IMG/VR virus record: IMGVR_UViG_3300025005_000009
Location: 1,515 to 65,514 of that record
Reading direction: 5' to 3' (one strand)
DNA: 64,000 nucleotides
DNA from: a virus
Lineage: Duplodnaviria; Caudoviricetes
Of the stretch, positions 38,296 to 47,996 are shown one piece after another; position 1 is the first letter of the stretch; every line of letters begins with the position of its first letter. Made by a program: the position numbers and the translations under genes. Under the pieces are notes generated by a model. That model saw only the letters and a program-made list of their open reading frames with translations, had not been told where the DNA came from and did no database searches.

Positions 38296-38489
38296 TTAAA
38301 AAACCGTCGAACAAGATATGTCCTAATGATACTGATGGCAGTAAACGACAGGATGATAATCAGATCCTGTGAGAATGAAGTCTTGATCCCCAGTAACGGA
38401 AAGATGACCTGCTGAGCCAGCATGGCGACCACCAGGCCGAGCGTCATGTTCACGGTTGACTCAAACAGGCTTTGTAGTTTCGTCTGCAT
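38265..38489 (-). CDS. small two-helix membrane protein
   Basis: MQTKLQSLFESTVN...ISIIRTYLVRRFFN; start reassigned. Confidence 0.65.
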   Translation of the reverse strand: MQTKLQSLFESTVNMTLGLVVAMLAQQVIFPLLGIKTSFSQDLIIILSFTAISIIRTYLVRRFFNWYHTKKGDV

Positions 38490-39066
38490 GCGAGGCCCCT
38501 TTCCAATAGCTGTACTTGATCGGTCCATCTTCCGTGGCGTATGCTTCCAGCCAATTCAGAATATCATAATGAGCATCGACAGAGTACTGGATCTCTGTAT
38601 CCATTGCAGGACCATGCTCCCTTAAGAGTTTGTCGAACCGCTCCACGAACCACCGATCTCTCTTTTTCGATCCTCCCTTGAAGCCTCCTGCTGCTTTCGG
38701 GTCTCGCTTCATGAGAATGTTCACATGCTCGAACTGACTCATGAGTTTTGCGATGAGCGCCTTCATCTCTACATGATACGGCTGATGGTAGATCACTCCG
38801 TACACGTCGTTCAGGCCAATCGGTGCGTCGGTAATCACCGCTTCAACACCGATCTGCTGCAGCCTCCACAAGCGATGATACTGATTCCCCAACAAGTAGA
38901 CTTGGTTCTTCAGATTTTCTCTGGCTTGCTCGAAGCACAGATCCGTCGCAAACTCCGTCACCAATTCTAAGTTGAGATGCCAATCATGACGCAAGGCATT
39001 AAACAATCCCGCTGCGGTCGTTGTCTTTCCGGCTCCAGGGCCACCCCATAAGTTGATCACCAACAT
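38461..39066 (-). CDS. P-loop kinase/ATPase (AAA_28/NadR-like)
   Basis: INLWGGPGAGKTT, EFA, ITDAPI. Confidence 0.8.
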   Translation of the reverse strand: MLVINLWGGPGAGKTTTAAGLFNALRHDWHLNLELVTEFATDLCFEQARENLKNQVYLLGNQYHRLWRLQQIGVEAVITDAPIGLNDVYGVIYHQPYHVEMKALIAKLMSQFEHVNILMKRDPKAAGGFKGGSKKRDRWFVERFDKLLREHGPAMDTEIQYSVDAHYDILNWLEAYATEDGPIKYSYWKGASHADETTKPV

Positions 39067-39071
39067 AAGCG

Positions 39072-39962
39072 TTATTTCTCCATGACTAGAAACAGGTTAA
39101 TCTCAAGTGGCTCATGTTCCACACGGCAGTTATAGTGTACGTCTTTCGGCCAGATTCCATTGATCACCAGATTGGATAACTCTATCCTATTCCGGTAATG
39201 AAGATCCCATCCGAGCAGCTCCATCAGCGGCTCCGAATCATGGTTCGTGAGATTCCCAACGATGATCATGTCTGGATCGTAATGCCTCTGTACCCGCTGC
39301 AGCAGCCGTGTCCCGAGAACCTCAGGGAGGTAGTCGAACAACCCGGCGCTCACCACAATATCTGCATCGCAATCCGGGAGGTCTTTCAAGGCGTTCACGA
39401 CTTCATAATATTCTCGACGCCCGGTATTTTTCTTCGCTTCCTCAATCGCCATCGGTTCAGAGTCAATCCCCACAACTTGGATGTGAGGGTACTTCTCCAG
39501 GAGTTTCTTCATCAATCGACCATTGCCACAAGCAATATCCAACACCGATAAGGCTCCGGTCTTCTCAATGCATTGTCCAATCCTCTTCAACAGGTACGCT
39601 TCCCGGTTAAACAGGGATTGTGAGCATGGAAGGCTTAACACGTAGGCATCCCAATCTGACGCGGTCAAATCATACTTCGACCGAAGACCAAGATGATACT
39701 TATCATAGGCATCATAAAACTTGGCCAGCAATTCGAAGTCACCCATGCATCGGTATGGACGAAAATAAATATGAGGGATCAATCCGTAGAACGGATAATG
39801 TCCGATCTGATCAGACTGAATCTCTCTCACCATCCACTCAATAAACTGAGGGTGGACATGTCCAACCACCCGCTTGAACGCTGCAGTCAGGTTCGCATAA
39901 TGGATCTGGTTTGGCCCTCTAGCTTTCACACAGTGGGCAATGAGGTCAACATTCTGCTGCAT
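39072..39962 (-). CDS. class I SAM-dependent methyltransferase, PhcB-like family
   Basis: VLDIACGNG motif I, GIDSE, SAGLFDYL; family-like 'RPYRCMGDFELL', 'SLFNR', 'VGN..MELLGWDLHYR', 'EPLEINLFL'. Confidence 0.75.
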   Translation of the reverse strand: MQQNVDLIAHCVKARGPNQIHYANLTAAFKRVVGHVHPQFIEWMVREIQSDQIGHYPFYGLIPHIYFRPYRCMGDFELLAKFYDAYDKYHLGLRSKYDLTASDWDAYVLSLPCSQSLFNREAYLLKRIGQCIEKTGALSVLDIACGNGRLMKKLLEKYPHIQVVGIDSEPMAIEEAKKNTGRREYYEVVNALKDLPDCDADIVVSAGLFDYLPEVLGTRLLQRVQRHYDPDMIIVGNLTNHDSEPLMELLGWDLHYRNRIELSNLVINGIWPKDVHYNCRVEHEPLEINLFLVMEK

Positions 39963-39965
39963 GTC

Positions 39966-40196
39966 TTACATCTCCTTGTAGACAGTTTTCCCGTCGATGA
40001 TCCCAATGTTCTTATACTGCTTCACTTTCAAATGCACACCGATAAAATCTAACGCAGCTTTCCTAAAGTCTGCCCCTTCCACTTCACTGTGGAATCGGAC
40101 TTCTGGAAAGGTTGCCACCGGGATCTGTAGAAACGGAGTATCAGATTCCCCTTGCACCAATCGCACCGTCTGGTCTTTTTCCATGAGAATAATCAT
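39966..40196 (-). CDS. hypothetical protein
   Basis: 76-aa ORF, coupled. Confidence 0.5.
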   Translation of the reverse strand: MIILMEKDQTVRLVQGESDTPFLQIPVATFPEVRFHSEVEGADFRKAALDFIGVHLKVKQYKNIGIIDGKTVYKEM

Positions 40197-40456
40197 TCGT
40201 GGCGTTTCTCCCGTTCCAATCTCAGTAACGTGTTCATGACGTTTCGCGTCACCGTCTCATCACTCACCCACAGGAGTAAGGATTCAATCGCTTGCTCCAG
40301 TGGCGTGTTGTCCGTGTCGTTCCTCAGCTGCAGAATCGTGTGAGGCCTCCGACCCATCTGTGGATCTGCAGGGACACTTGGGTTAAATATGCATGGTCCC
40401 TTCGGCTTCGGTGTTCGATCCGGGCCAAACTCCAATTCTTCCTTTTTCGATATCAT
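40193..40456 (-). CDS. hypothetical protein
   Basis: 87-aa ORF, coupled. Confidence 0.5.
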   Translation of the reverse strand: MISKKEELEFGPDRTPKPKGPCIFNPSVPADPQMGRRPHTILQLRNDTDNTPLEQAIESLLLWVSDETVTRNVMNTLLRLEREKRHE

Positions 40457-40704
40457 TGAAAATCCTCCTCACGATACACGATACGATTGTCTTCGACCGT
40501 CGGTGTGCGGAGGAAGATCCGGGTACAAATAATACCCGGATCAGCCAGCACGTCACATTGGAGACGGTCAGGTAACAGGTCCAGCTCGAAGTCCATGTTG
40601 AACTTCTGCTGCTCTTCAGTGATCAGTACGACCTTATAGTTCACAGGTTTCTCCATCACACCCGCTCGGAGCCAATGCATCGGCTCCGGCTTGGTTAAAA
40701 TCAA
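40453..40704 (-). CDS. hypothetical protein
   Basis: 83-aa ORF overlapping RNR 3' end. Confidence 0.45.
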   Translation of the reverse strand: MILTKPEPMHWLRAGVMEKPVNYKVVLITEEQQKFNMDFELDLLPDRLQCDVLADPGIICTRIFLRTPTVEDNRIVYREEDFQ

Positions 40705-42553
40705 TCGGTCTCAAGCTGCCAGCATACTTCGCATACTGATCTTCCGTCACCGCCTGGTAGGGAGCCTGCTTGTAAAACCCGTCAGTCTTCGGAAGGAAGC
40801 TGACCGCTTTCAGTCGGTTCTCATACATCTCCAAGGCAATCGGAATGTCCTTCGCTTCTTTCTTGTCAAACTTAATCGTGGTGCTCACTTGATTGTCAGC
40901 CCAATACCGCTGCATCGCTGCTGCGTTCTCCATTTGCTCCCACATACTGACATCGGCTTCTCCCTTCACGAAGTTCTGTTCGTGGACCGGGAAGTAGGCT
41001 ACCATGGTCTCGTTGCCTCCGTAGGCATTCGGTTCGATCCGATACCCTGCAGCCGCCAATGCATCCAAGATTGGGTTGTTGGCTGCGATCCGAATGGTGC
41101 GGTAATAGAATTCCGCTATCGGATAATTGAGAGCGCCAGTTTCACCAGGTAGTAAAGGCACTGTCCCCGAGGGTTTGATAGAAGTACGCTTAATGGACCG
41201 ATGAACACCAAACCAGCAACTGTAATCGGCGTCCAGACCAGTAAGAAAGTCGTAACACTTGTCAGACCAGTCAAGAACCCTCGCACGACCGAATTTGTTG
41301 AACGATCTGATAATACCAGATTGACTACAGCCAATTCTTCGATTGTTCTCGATAATCTCATCGGTCTCTCCAAACCCGGTCTTCATCAGTGTGACCGTCT
41401 TCGAATACAAGTAGGCTTTCTTCAGGGTCCGCATGTAGTCATGCAGATTGCCATGACGGGCCATATAGGTTTCAACCAGGTTGCACAGTTCCTTATCCCA
41501 CAAGGTTTGCTCGACACAAGGGTTCGCGCCTTCCGCGTTCATGTCCAGCGCATCCATGATCCCGTTCATTCTCCCATACCGCTGAGCGTTTGTCAACCAG
41601 AACACGCTCGGTTCTCCGTTGAGTGCGATCAGTTCAGCGATCTCCCCATAGCTGCATCCAGGTAGACACTTGACCGTGTTATTGGACATATACCGATGGC
41701 TTTCGACCAGGGACTTATCAAACTTTAGGGCATAAAAATCTTTGTCTCCATATTCTCCAATCGCGATTTCTGCGCTACGACGGATATTCCCGGACTCCGT
41801 ACACTTTCCAATGAAGTTCATGATATCGACAATGAATGTGGAGTCTACTCTCCTGCCAATATAGACCTCACAGCATTTCGTAATGTACTCATGAAGCCTC
41901 AAGAGAGGTTCCGGGCCAGAAGCCACTCCACCAAATGTTTTCAGGACCGCGCCTTTCGTTCGCACCCCGCTATAATCGAACACCGGTCTTGGTGTGCCGT
42001 AGAAGTACGAGGACAGTAAGGCATCCATGCTGTCGACCCACCCCTCTCGACTGTCGGCGATCTTGTGAGAAATTTCACCATTCCCAGGACGTTGAATCAC
42101 TCTCGATCCGGCTCCCAATGTATCAAACCCGCACCCGACGCCAAGCATACTGAAATGCATCACCATCTTGAATGGCTTCGTGGTGAGACTCTTCGTACTG
42201 AAGAATCCGCAATTGTTCAAGACTCCCCCGCCATGCGTCCACATGGCTTTGGTTCCCATGGCCCACAAACCTCTCCCTGGAGGGGTAAACTTAAAGTTAT
42301 AAATCAAATCAAACATCGAATGAGCGTCACGGACAGCCTTATCATTATTGAATGGCCGGTCGTTCGTTTCACAGTGCCACTTTTGAATATCGTACACACC
42401 TTGCACGACTCTCGCACAAGTATCAACCCAATCTTCTTTATACCCGTTGTCCTTCATCCGTGAATAGAAAATGAGGAACGTCACGAGACCGAGAGGACCC
42501 CAATCTGGAGTCCTCTGCTTATACGATTCAAGAAACGCGGAATTCAGAATCAT
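40634..42553 (-). CDS. nrdJ: class II (adenosylcobalamin-dependent) ribonucleotide reductase, monomeric RTPR type
   Basis: PPGRGLW, LNNC, GVGCGF, IRRSAEI, ANPCVEQ, TSIKPSGT, C-terminal GCDGETCEL; no NrdB in window. Confidence 0.92.
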   Translation of the reverse strand: MILNSAFLESYKQRTPDWGPLGLVTFLIFYSRMKDNGYKEDWVDTCARVVQGVYDIQKWHCETNDRPFNNDKAVRDAHSMFDLIYNFKFTPPGRGLWAMGTKAMWTHGGGVLNNCGFFSTKSLTTKPFKMVMHFSMLGVGCGFDTLGAGSRVIQRPGNGEISHKIADSREGWVDSMDALLSSYFYGTPRPVFDYSGVRTKGAVLKTFGGVASGPEPLLRLHEYITKCCEVYIGRRVDSTFIVDIMNFIGKCTESGNIRRSAEIAIGEYGDKDFYALKFDKSLVESHRYMSNNTVKCLPGCSYGEIAELIALNGEPSVFWLTNAQRYGRMNGIMDALDMNAEGANPCVEQTLWDKELCNLVETYMARHGNLHDYMRTLKKAYLYSKTVTLMKTGFGETDEIIENNRRIGCSQSGIIRSFNKFGRARVLDWSDKCYDFLTGLDADYSCWFGVHRSIKRTSIKPSGTVPLLPGETGALNYPIAEFYYRTIRIAANNPILDALAAAGYRIEPNAYGGNETMVAYFPVHEQNFVKGEADVSMWEQMENAAAMQRYWADNQVSTTIKFDKKEAKDIPIALEMYENRLKAVSFLPKTDGFYKQAPYQAVTEDQYAKYAGSLRPIDFNQAGADALAPSGCDGETCEL

Positions 42554-42557
42554 GCAC

Positions 42558-42914
42558 TTATTCCCTTTCTGCTTCAGCTTCGTTTTTCCGTTTGGCGATG
42601 TAATAGTCGTTCGACTTTCTCACATAATACTCAATGGAATTCTCACCGCCATACACCAGACTCCCATCACGTCCACCCAAGGCATGCAAGAACTGCATGA
42701 TCATCTCTGGTTCGTCAATCGTGAATTCGTTTGTGTCAGTCGTATAGATCACCAAGCGAATATCGAAAATATCGCCACGACTTAACTCCGTTGAGATTTC
42801 CGTCTTCGTAAAATCCCAAGACGCGATGTTTTCCAAATTGATAAACGCATGATCTCCTAAATGAAACGGTCTCATAGATCCCCCTTTGTTAAGATGTTGG
42901 CCGAGGCCATTCAA
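42558..42914 (-). CDS. hypothetical protein
   Basis: 118-aa ORF; true start probably MRPFHL. Confidence 0.5.
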   Translation of the reverse strand: MNGLGQHLNKGGSMRPFHLGDHAFINLENIASWDFTKTEISTELSRGDIFDIRLVIYTTDTNEFTIDEPEMIMQFLHALGGRDGSLVYGGENSIEYYVRKSNDYYIAKRKNEAEAERE

Positions 42915-43260
42915 TCACAATCACTGACTTCTGTTTCACACCCCACTCTCTTGCATCCTCAATATCTTCGAAGTACAAATCCAAATGCACCCCATTGACG
43001 AAGGCCGGGTTCCCGGTATCCTCGACTCGACAATTTCCATACCCTGGAATATGGAGCACAGCACCTTTTGGAAACACTTTCCAATTGGCCGCACAGACTC
43101 CACGTCTCGCAATCGTGTTTGACGCGGTTCGACCGTCAGCCCATTTCTTATCTACACAAGGAGGATGAGCACAATACCCGGTTGTCTTTACATTCTCGAT
43201 CACAGGATTCAGGAGTAGTGCAATGAATAGTAATTCGATCATCCGTGTTGTCTCTCCCAT
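42889..43260 (-). CDS. 3D-domain protein (cell-wall hydrolase-like)
   Basis: TGY, TAS, AAN..VFPKG, IPGYG..VEDTG, LDLYF; hydrophobic N-terminus. Confidence 0.8.
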   Translation of the reverse strand: MGETTRMIELLFIALLLNPVIENVKTTGYCAHPPCVDKKWADGRTASNTIARRGVCAANWKVFPKGAVLHIPGYGNCRVEDTGNPAFVNGVHLDLYFEDIEDAREWGVKQKSVIVIEWPRPTS

Positions 43261-43598
43261 ACATAATGGTCAACAAAAATATTCTCTGATGCGACCCCGG
43301 CCATCAATGCGATAGGATGATGAAGCACAATCCGGTCGTCATAGGCTTTGTACGAAATGAGCCTCATCATTCGCCCATCGATTTCAATGTCTCGTGTTCC
43401 GGCGAATGTCTTGGCATCGTGCCGGAGAGACTTAATCAAATGCATCGTATAACTAAATTGACAGCTGTCATGAAGGATCACACTGACATTATGAAGATCC
43501 TGCATCCTGACGATGGCTCGTAGCAGCATCTTCGTCGTTCGACCGGTCTGCCGGTTACCTTGATAGATTGGTGTTCGAATCAATTCAGTCAAAGTCAT
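43239..43598 (-). CDS. small P-loop protein resembling a terminase ATPase fragment
   Basis: GNRQTGRTTKML; C-terminal IFVDHY. Confidence 0.5.
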   Translation of the reverse strand: MTLTELIRTPIYQGNRQTGRTTKMLLRAIVRMQDLHNVSVILHDSCQFSYTMHLIKSLRHDAKTFAGTRDIEIDGRMMRLISYKAYDDRIVLHHPIALMAGVASENIFVDHYVWERQHG

Positions 43599-44434
43599 GA
43601 TGCTCTCCTTTGCCTTTGCCTTAAGAGTTTTTCAACAGCTTCGTCGTCAGAGATATCTGACGAAAGAAGTTCTCTCACTGATGGCAGTATGCTGAGCATC
43701 GACTCATAATCTTTCCACGACTGCTGACTGTCCAACCAACCAGATATAGCGATAGGAACAATCGGCCTGATCAATCCAAGTATTGCCTCTGCGTAAACAC
43801 GGATCTCATATTGAGCATGAGGATGAAGCCTCAGGCCCAAGAAGTGAAACAGGTTGTGGAGGTTCAACGTCGTAAACATCTTGGAGTAAATCGCGAACGG
43901 AAGAACCATTCTCGCCAACTCCCGAGGCCATCCGAACGTCCCGATCAGCCGCTTGTAGGCATCATACGAATTACGAATACTGGCTTCGTACACGGCCAAG
44001 CTTCTCTCCAGGTGGTATCGGTCATCCTGTGATAACTCCCCTATCGTTCTGACTTGCTTATTCCACGTACACTGCTTTCCAATCATCTCAATCTCAGGGA
44101 TGTACATTTCATCAGGTAACTCCGTGTACCGTGCTGAGACCTCGTTGTATGATTGTGTCCGGTGCCGGTGCCATTGCCTGAACACAAAAATCGGTGCCTT
44201 GACTTCAAATGTGAACACCACAGACTCCAGCGGAGTGTTGTGTCTGTTCTTCAACAGGTACCGGAGAAGCTTCTCATCCTTCCCGGCGTCTTCCCCGGTT
44301 CTCCAGACAGCATCGTGTGACACCCTGGCGGATCTCACAATGGACAAATCACTACCCATATGGTCAACGAGCTGTACGTACCCATGGTCGAGGACTCTCC
44401 GCCAATTTGTCATATCCGGCCTTTCGTGTTCCAT
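43595..44434 (-). CDS. thyX: FAD-dependent thymidylate synthase
   Basis: GSDLSIVRSARVS, HNTPLE, RQWHRHR, NEVSARY, ELARMVLP, HAQYEIR. Confidence 0.95.
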   Translation of the reverse strand: MEHERPDMTNWRRVLDHGYVQLVDHMGSDLSIVRSARVSHDAVWRTGEDAGKDEKLLRYLLKNRHNTPLESVVFTFEVKAPIFVFRQWHRHRTQSYNEVSARYTELPDEMYIPEIEMIGKQCTWNKQVRTIGELSQDDRYHLERSLAVYEASIRNSYDAYKRLIGTFGWPRELARMVLPFAIYSKMFTTLNLHNLFHFLGLRLHPHAQYEIRVYAEAILGLIRPIVPIAISGWLDSQQSWKDYESMLSILPSVRELLSSDISDDEAVEKLLRQRQRRAS

Positions 44435-44643
44435 AAAATGTTTTCTCTTGACATCGTTCCTGATCCTCAGCGGTTGCCTCTGTGACCATCAAGAATTGTG
44501 TCTTTTGCAGTGGGCAAAAGTCCCTCCGGTTGAACAACTGTCTGGTATAACGATTAGCCATACCAAACCCGGTTGCCCACATAACCAATTCTAGCACATG
44601 GTAGAAGGGGTTCCCTTCATTAAACATCCTCACGAGAAATGGT

Positions 44644-45168
44644 CTAGGTCCCTGCATCGTATTCTACCTCCGTTTTCGGTCCTGAGACACTTAAATCATC
44701 TTGATATCTTCCATGATAGAGACCGCCTCCAGCGGTTTCCATGAATATCAGCTGCCCTATTGGCATCCCATTATAAAGAGGCAGTGAACGCATCTGCCGA
44801 GAATTGGTCACTTCCATCGTTAAGATCCCATGCCATCCTGGATCAACCCATCCGGCGAAGGCATGCTGAAACCCCATTCGTGCTGACGTAGACTTCAGAA
44901 GAAACATGCAGGAGACATCTTGTGGCAGTCTGGTTTCCTCCAGCATTTCGATCAAGAGAAATTCCCCGGAGTGCATGAAGTATGGGTTGTCTTTCGTATA
45001 CTCGTATAGGCGGATCTCAAGGCCTTCCTCATCCAGAGCCTTCAATCCAACACGGACATCGACCGACGCTGCTCCTATTTTCTCGGGATGAATCCCAGGA
45101 AAGAATTGATCAACCCTATTCTTTAATTCTTGGTGTCCGAGTATCATAGGTTGTAGTAGACCTCCCAA
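44644..45168 (-). CDS. dcd: dCTP deaminase
   Basis: AASVDVRVG, LKSTSAR, AGWVDPGWHGILTME, IGQLIF, YHGRY. Confidence 0.9.
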   Translation of the reverse strand: MGGLLQPMILGHQELKNRVDQFFPGIHPEKIGAASVDVRVGLKALDEEGLEIRLYEYTKDNPYFMHSGEFLLIEMLEETRLPQDVSCMFLLKSTSARMGFQHAFAGWVDPGWHGILTMEVTNSRQMRSLPLYNGMPIGQLIFMETAGGGLYHGRYQDDLSVSGPKTEVEYDAGT

Positions 45169-45404
45169 TTTTTATGGAAAGAATTGTTCATATCGATACA
45201 AAATCCTCGGTGAACCTTGTTCACATCGTACTTCCCAATCTTTGCCTCTACCGGAGCTGGATTCTCTTTCACACGTCTATTCATCTCATCCAATTTGACT
45301 TGGCACTGTTCATACGACACTGATGGACCCTGCTTATCGTGATAGATCTCGCATTGACCAACAAGTGAGCAAAATAGAATGTGTGCAACATACATCGTTC
45401 CCAT
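45144..45404 (-). CDS. hypothetical Cys-containing protein
   Basis: 86-aa ORF with hydrophobic N-terminus. Confidence 0.5.
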   Translation of the reverse strand: MGTMYVAHILFCSLVGQCEIYHDKQGPSVSYEQCQVKLDEMNRRVKENPAPVEAKIGKYDVNKVHRGFCIDMNNSFHKNWEVYYNL

Positions 45405-45553
45405 AATATCATTCTCCTAGATCAGGTTTCCCAATGTCCACCCGAATTTTAAGGCCTCCCACAGGATGCGAAAGGCGAAGGCTCCCACAAATAATGACGC
45501 GGCTGAGAGTCCTATCAGTATACCCCATGAGATAAAATTTGTCAAATACGTCT

Positions 45554-45823
45554 TCATAATGCAACCTCCGGTAAGTAGTCATCGATGACGATCTTCGTAC
45601 AGACCGCTCGAACCTTCCACCGGTTTTCGTTATACAATGGCAGCTGCAGTTTGATTGCGTCTTGGGCTTCCTTCGTCTTGAGGTAATCATATTCCTGCTT
45701 GAGATAGAAATCACATTGTGACTCTAGCTCAAACTTCACAACCGCCGCACCTGGAATACAATTGTCTCCAATATAGTCATTGATTGGAGAAACCAGACAT
45801 ATCAGTAATAGTGCTGCGAACAT
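45554..45823 (-). CDS. putative exported small protein
   Basis: Hydrophobic N-terminus, four Cys. Confidence 0.5.
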   Translation of the reverse strand: MFAALLLICLVSPINDYIGDNCIPGAAVVKFELESQCDFYLKQEYDYLKTKEAQDAIKLQLPLYNENRWKVRAVCTKIVIDDYLPEVAL

Positions 45824-45838
45824 AAGTGTGATTCCTTT

Positions 45839-47701
45839 CTACCGAATCGTCACGGTCGACGGATCGGTCATGGCCCAGGTTTTTCCACATTGGAGTTCCC
45901 ACCGGATTGGTACACGGAGTCCGTGTACATCGTTCAGCAATTCCACAATCTCTTTCCCTTTTTCTCGATGCCCATCACCGACCAGCTCATCGTGAACCGT
46001 CAGTCTCAACTTGTCCATGAGTCCAGCTCGGTACATCTTGATCATGGCTTCCTTCATCAAGTCCCCTGCCGATCCTTGGATCAATCGAGATAAGGCGATA
46101 TGCGTCTTACTGCCCCTACTGAATTCAAAGAGGCGACCCCGTAGCGTTCGAATTTCGCCGAAGATCTTCGCCCTCGACTCATAGAACTGGCTGGTCTGCT
46201 TTAGTTCTGGAAACTCTTTCTCGAACACGTCGTACATCTCATTCGCTTCGGCCAATGAGACATCGAACTTCCGTGAGAATAACGCTCGACCCATCCCATA
46301 CATTTTCCCGAAGTTAATATTCTTCGCTTTTCTCCGAGGCATTTTCCCTTTGAGAATATCTTCCGCAACGACAGTATGGTAGTCGGTGAACGCATCTTTA
46401 TTATACGCGTCCGCAATCCGGTCTGTCTTCGCGTAGTGCGCCAGTAACCGGAATTCCTCTTGTGACGCATCGACCGCTAGGAAATCACTGTTCGGGTTGC
46501 TCGGAATGAACAGCTCTCGTAAGATGTATTCATCGCCGAGTTCTTCAATTTGATTTCCAACCTTCCAAATCTGCTGAGGCTGTGCCCCGCCTTCTCGCAT
46601 ACTGGCGCTGAATCGTCCAGTGACGGTTCCTTTCGTGGCTCCATCGAACGCCCTATCCCTGAGTTGGTTCAGCTCGAACGGTAAAATACGTCCCCTTTTT
46701 ATCTGCTTCGACCAGGGAATCAAGAACGCATCCCTCAACCGTGACATCGCTTTCAGCGTTGTGACTGACTTCGGAAACGGATGATCAATCCGCTTCATCA
46801 GTTCTTTTCCGAAATGCGGAGAGCCTGGTTGAACCTCTTGGTGACAGTAGGGACAGGATTGTGGAGCGAACCCTTCCCACGCAATTACACGATTCTGTTT
46901 CTCAGAACACTTCTCACATTTAAAGTTCCATGGATGGTGAATTCCGAGACGATCAAACTCAACTTTCAACTGCTTCCCGGAGTTCGGGTTAATGGCTCCG
47001 AACTTTTTCTCTAGCTTCTTGACTTTGACATCAACCTCTTTAATCCATTTTTCAAGCTTCAGCGTGTCGATGATCAGCCCGTTATTCTGCATCTCAACTG
47101 TAGGCGAGATACAGTCGCACTCCAATCGGTAAATCTCATTTAAATTTTTCTTCTCACGCTGCAGTCTCATCGCTGTGTTGAGATGAGCCGTCATGCGTAC
47201 GTCTTGCTCTGCGTACTCACCAACCATATGTGAAGGGACAAACTCCAATTCGCTTTTATCGAATGGTAGTTTGATCTTCTGGACGCCAGCATCGACATAA
47301 TGCCCATACATGAAATCTAAGCTGTAGATGGATTCAGGGTTGACCAAGATCCCGGAGAACATTGTGTCTTCCAGAATGTTTCCGTACGCTCTCAGATCTA
47401 CTCCATCCTGCAAGAGCATCAGTGTGTCGAACGTCCCGTTATGGGTAATAATGGTCTTGTCTCGAAGTTCGGTATTCAACCAGGAAACCACGTCCCCTCG
47501 TGTATACTGTGCCCCGCCATCATGCCCATACGGATAATAATGACAGTCTACGTGTCCATCGTCTTTGACGAGTCCGAGAGCCACACCGACCGTTCGGTGA
47601 CCCTCCCATATGTCAAGACCGCTGGTCTCCGTGTCAACCGTGATCTCTTTGTATCGAGACAGGTCTTTCATCTTTGGTAGCCGCCATTGTGTATTATCCA
47701 T
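45839..47701 (-). CDS. polA: DNA polymerase family A with 3'-5' exonuclease
   Basis: ExoI DTET, TVTGRFS, motif A DASQEEFR, motif B RKAKNINFGKMYG, motif C VHDEL. Confidence 0.95.
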   Translation of the reverse strand: MDNTQWRLPKMKDLSRYKEITVDTETSGLDIWEGHRTVGVALGLVKDDGHVDCHYYPYGHDGGAQYTRGDVVSWLNTELRDKTIITHNGTFDTLMLLQDGVDLRAYGNILEDTMFSGILVNPESIYSLDFMYGHYVDAGVQKIKLPFDKSELEFVPSHMVGEYAEQDVRMTAHLNTAMRLQREKKNLNEIYRLECDCISPTVEMQNNGLIIDTLKLEKWIKEVDVKVKKLEKKFGAINPNSGKQLKVEFDRLGIHHPWNFKCEKCSEKQNRVIAWEGFAPQSCPYCHQEVQPGSPHFGKELMKRIDHPFPKSVTTLKAMSRLRDAFLIPWSKQIKRGRILPFELNQLRDRAFDGATKGTVTGRFSASMREGGAQPQQIWKVGNQIEELGDEYILRELFIPSNPNSDFLAVDASQEEFRLLAHYAKTDRIADAYNKDAFTDYHTVVAEDILKGKMPRRKAKNINFGKMYGMGRALFSRKFDVSLAEANEMYDVFEKEFPELKQTSQFYESRAKIFGEIRTLRGRLFEFSRGSKTHIALSRLIQGSAGDLMKEAMIKMYRAGLMDKLRLTVHDELVGDGHREKGKEIVELLNDVHGLRVPIRWELQCGKTWAMTDPSTVTIR

Positions 47702-47985
47702 TATCGTACCTTCGCTTGAAAATCCTCAGTGCATTTGTGTGTATACTTGTATGTAAATTCCCCGCTGCCTTCTTCGGCAATTCGTATTGCCATGGCTGCT
47801 ACTTGGATCGCTTCAGCGTACACTTGTGAAGCCGTCTGCTTATCGCGGTCATGATCAATCAACGCCTGAGCCAGTTCTCCAACTTCCTCAACAAGTGCGG
47901 CCAGCTGCTGATGGTTGCCAAGATGGATCGCTCGTGCTGCCGACAACTCTGCTCCAACATCGTACCCGGTATTTAGTGATATCAT
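47701..47985 (-). CDS. MazG-like nucleotide pyrophosphohydrolase
   Basis: LVEEVGELAQAL...EAIQVAAMA. Confidence 0.7.
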   Translation of the reverse strand: MISLNTGYDVGAELSAARAIHLGNHQQLAALVEEVGELAQALIDHDRDKQTASQVYAEAIQVAAMAIRIAEEGSGEFTYKYTHKCTEDFQAKVR

Positions 47986-47996
47986 CGTGCCCCCTT

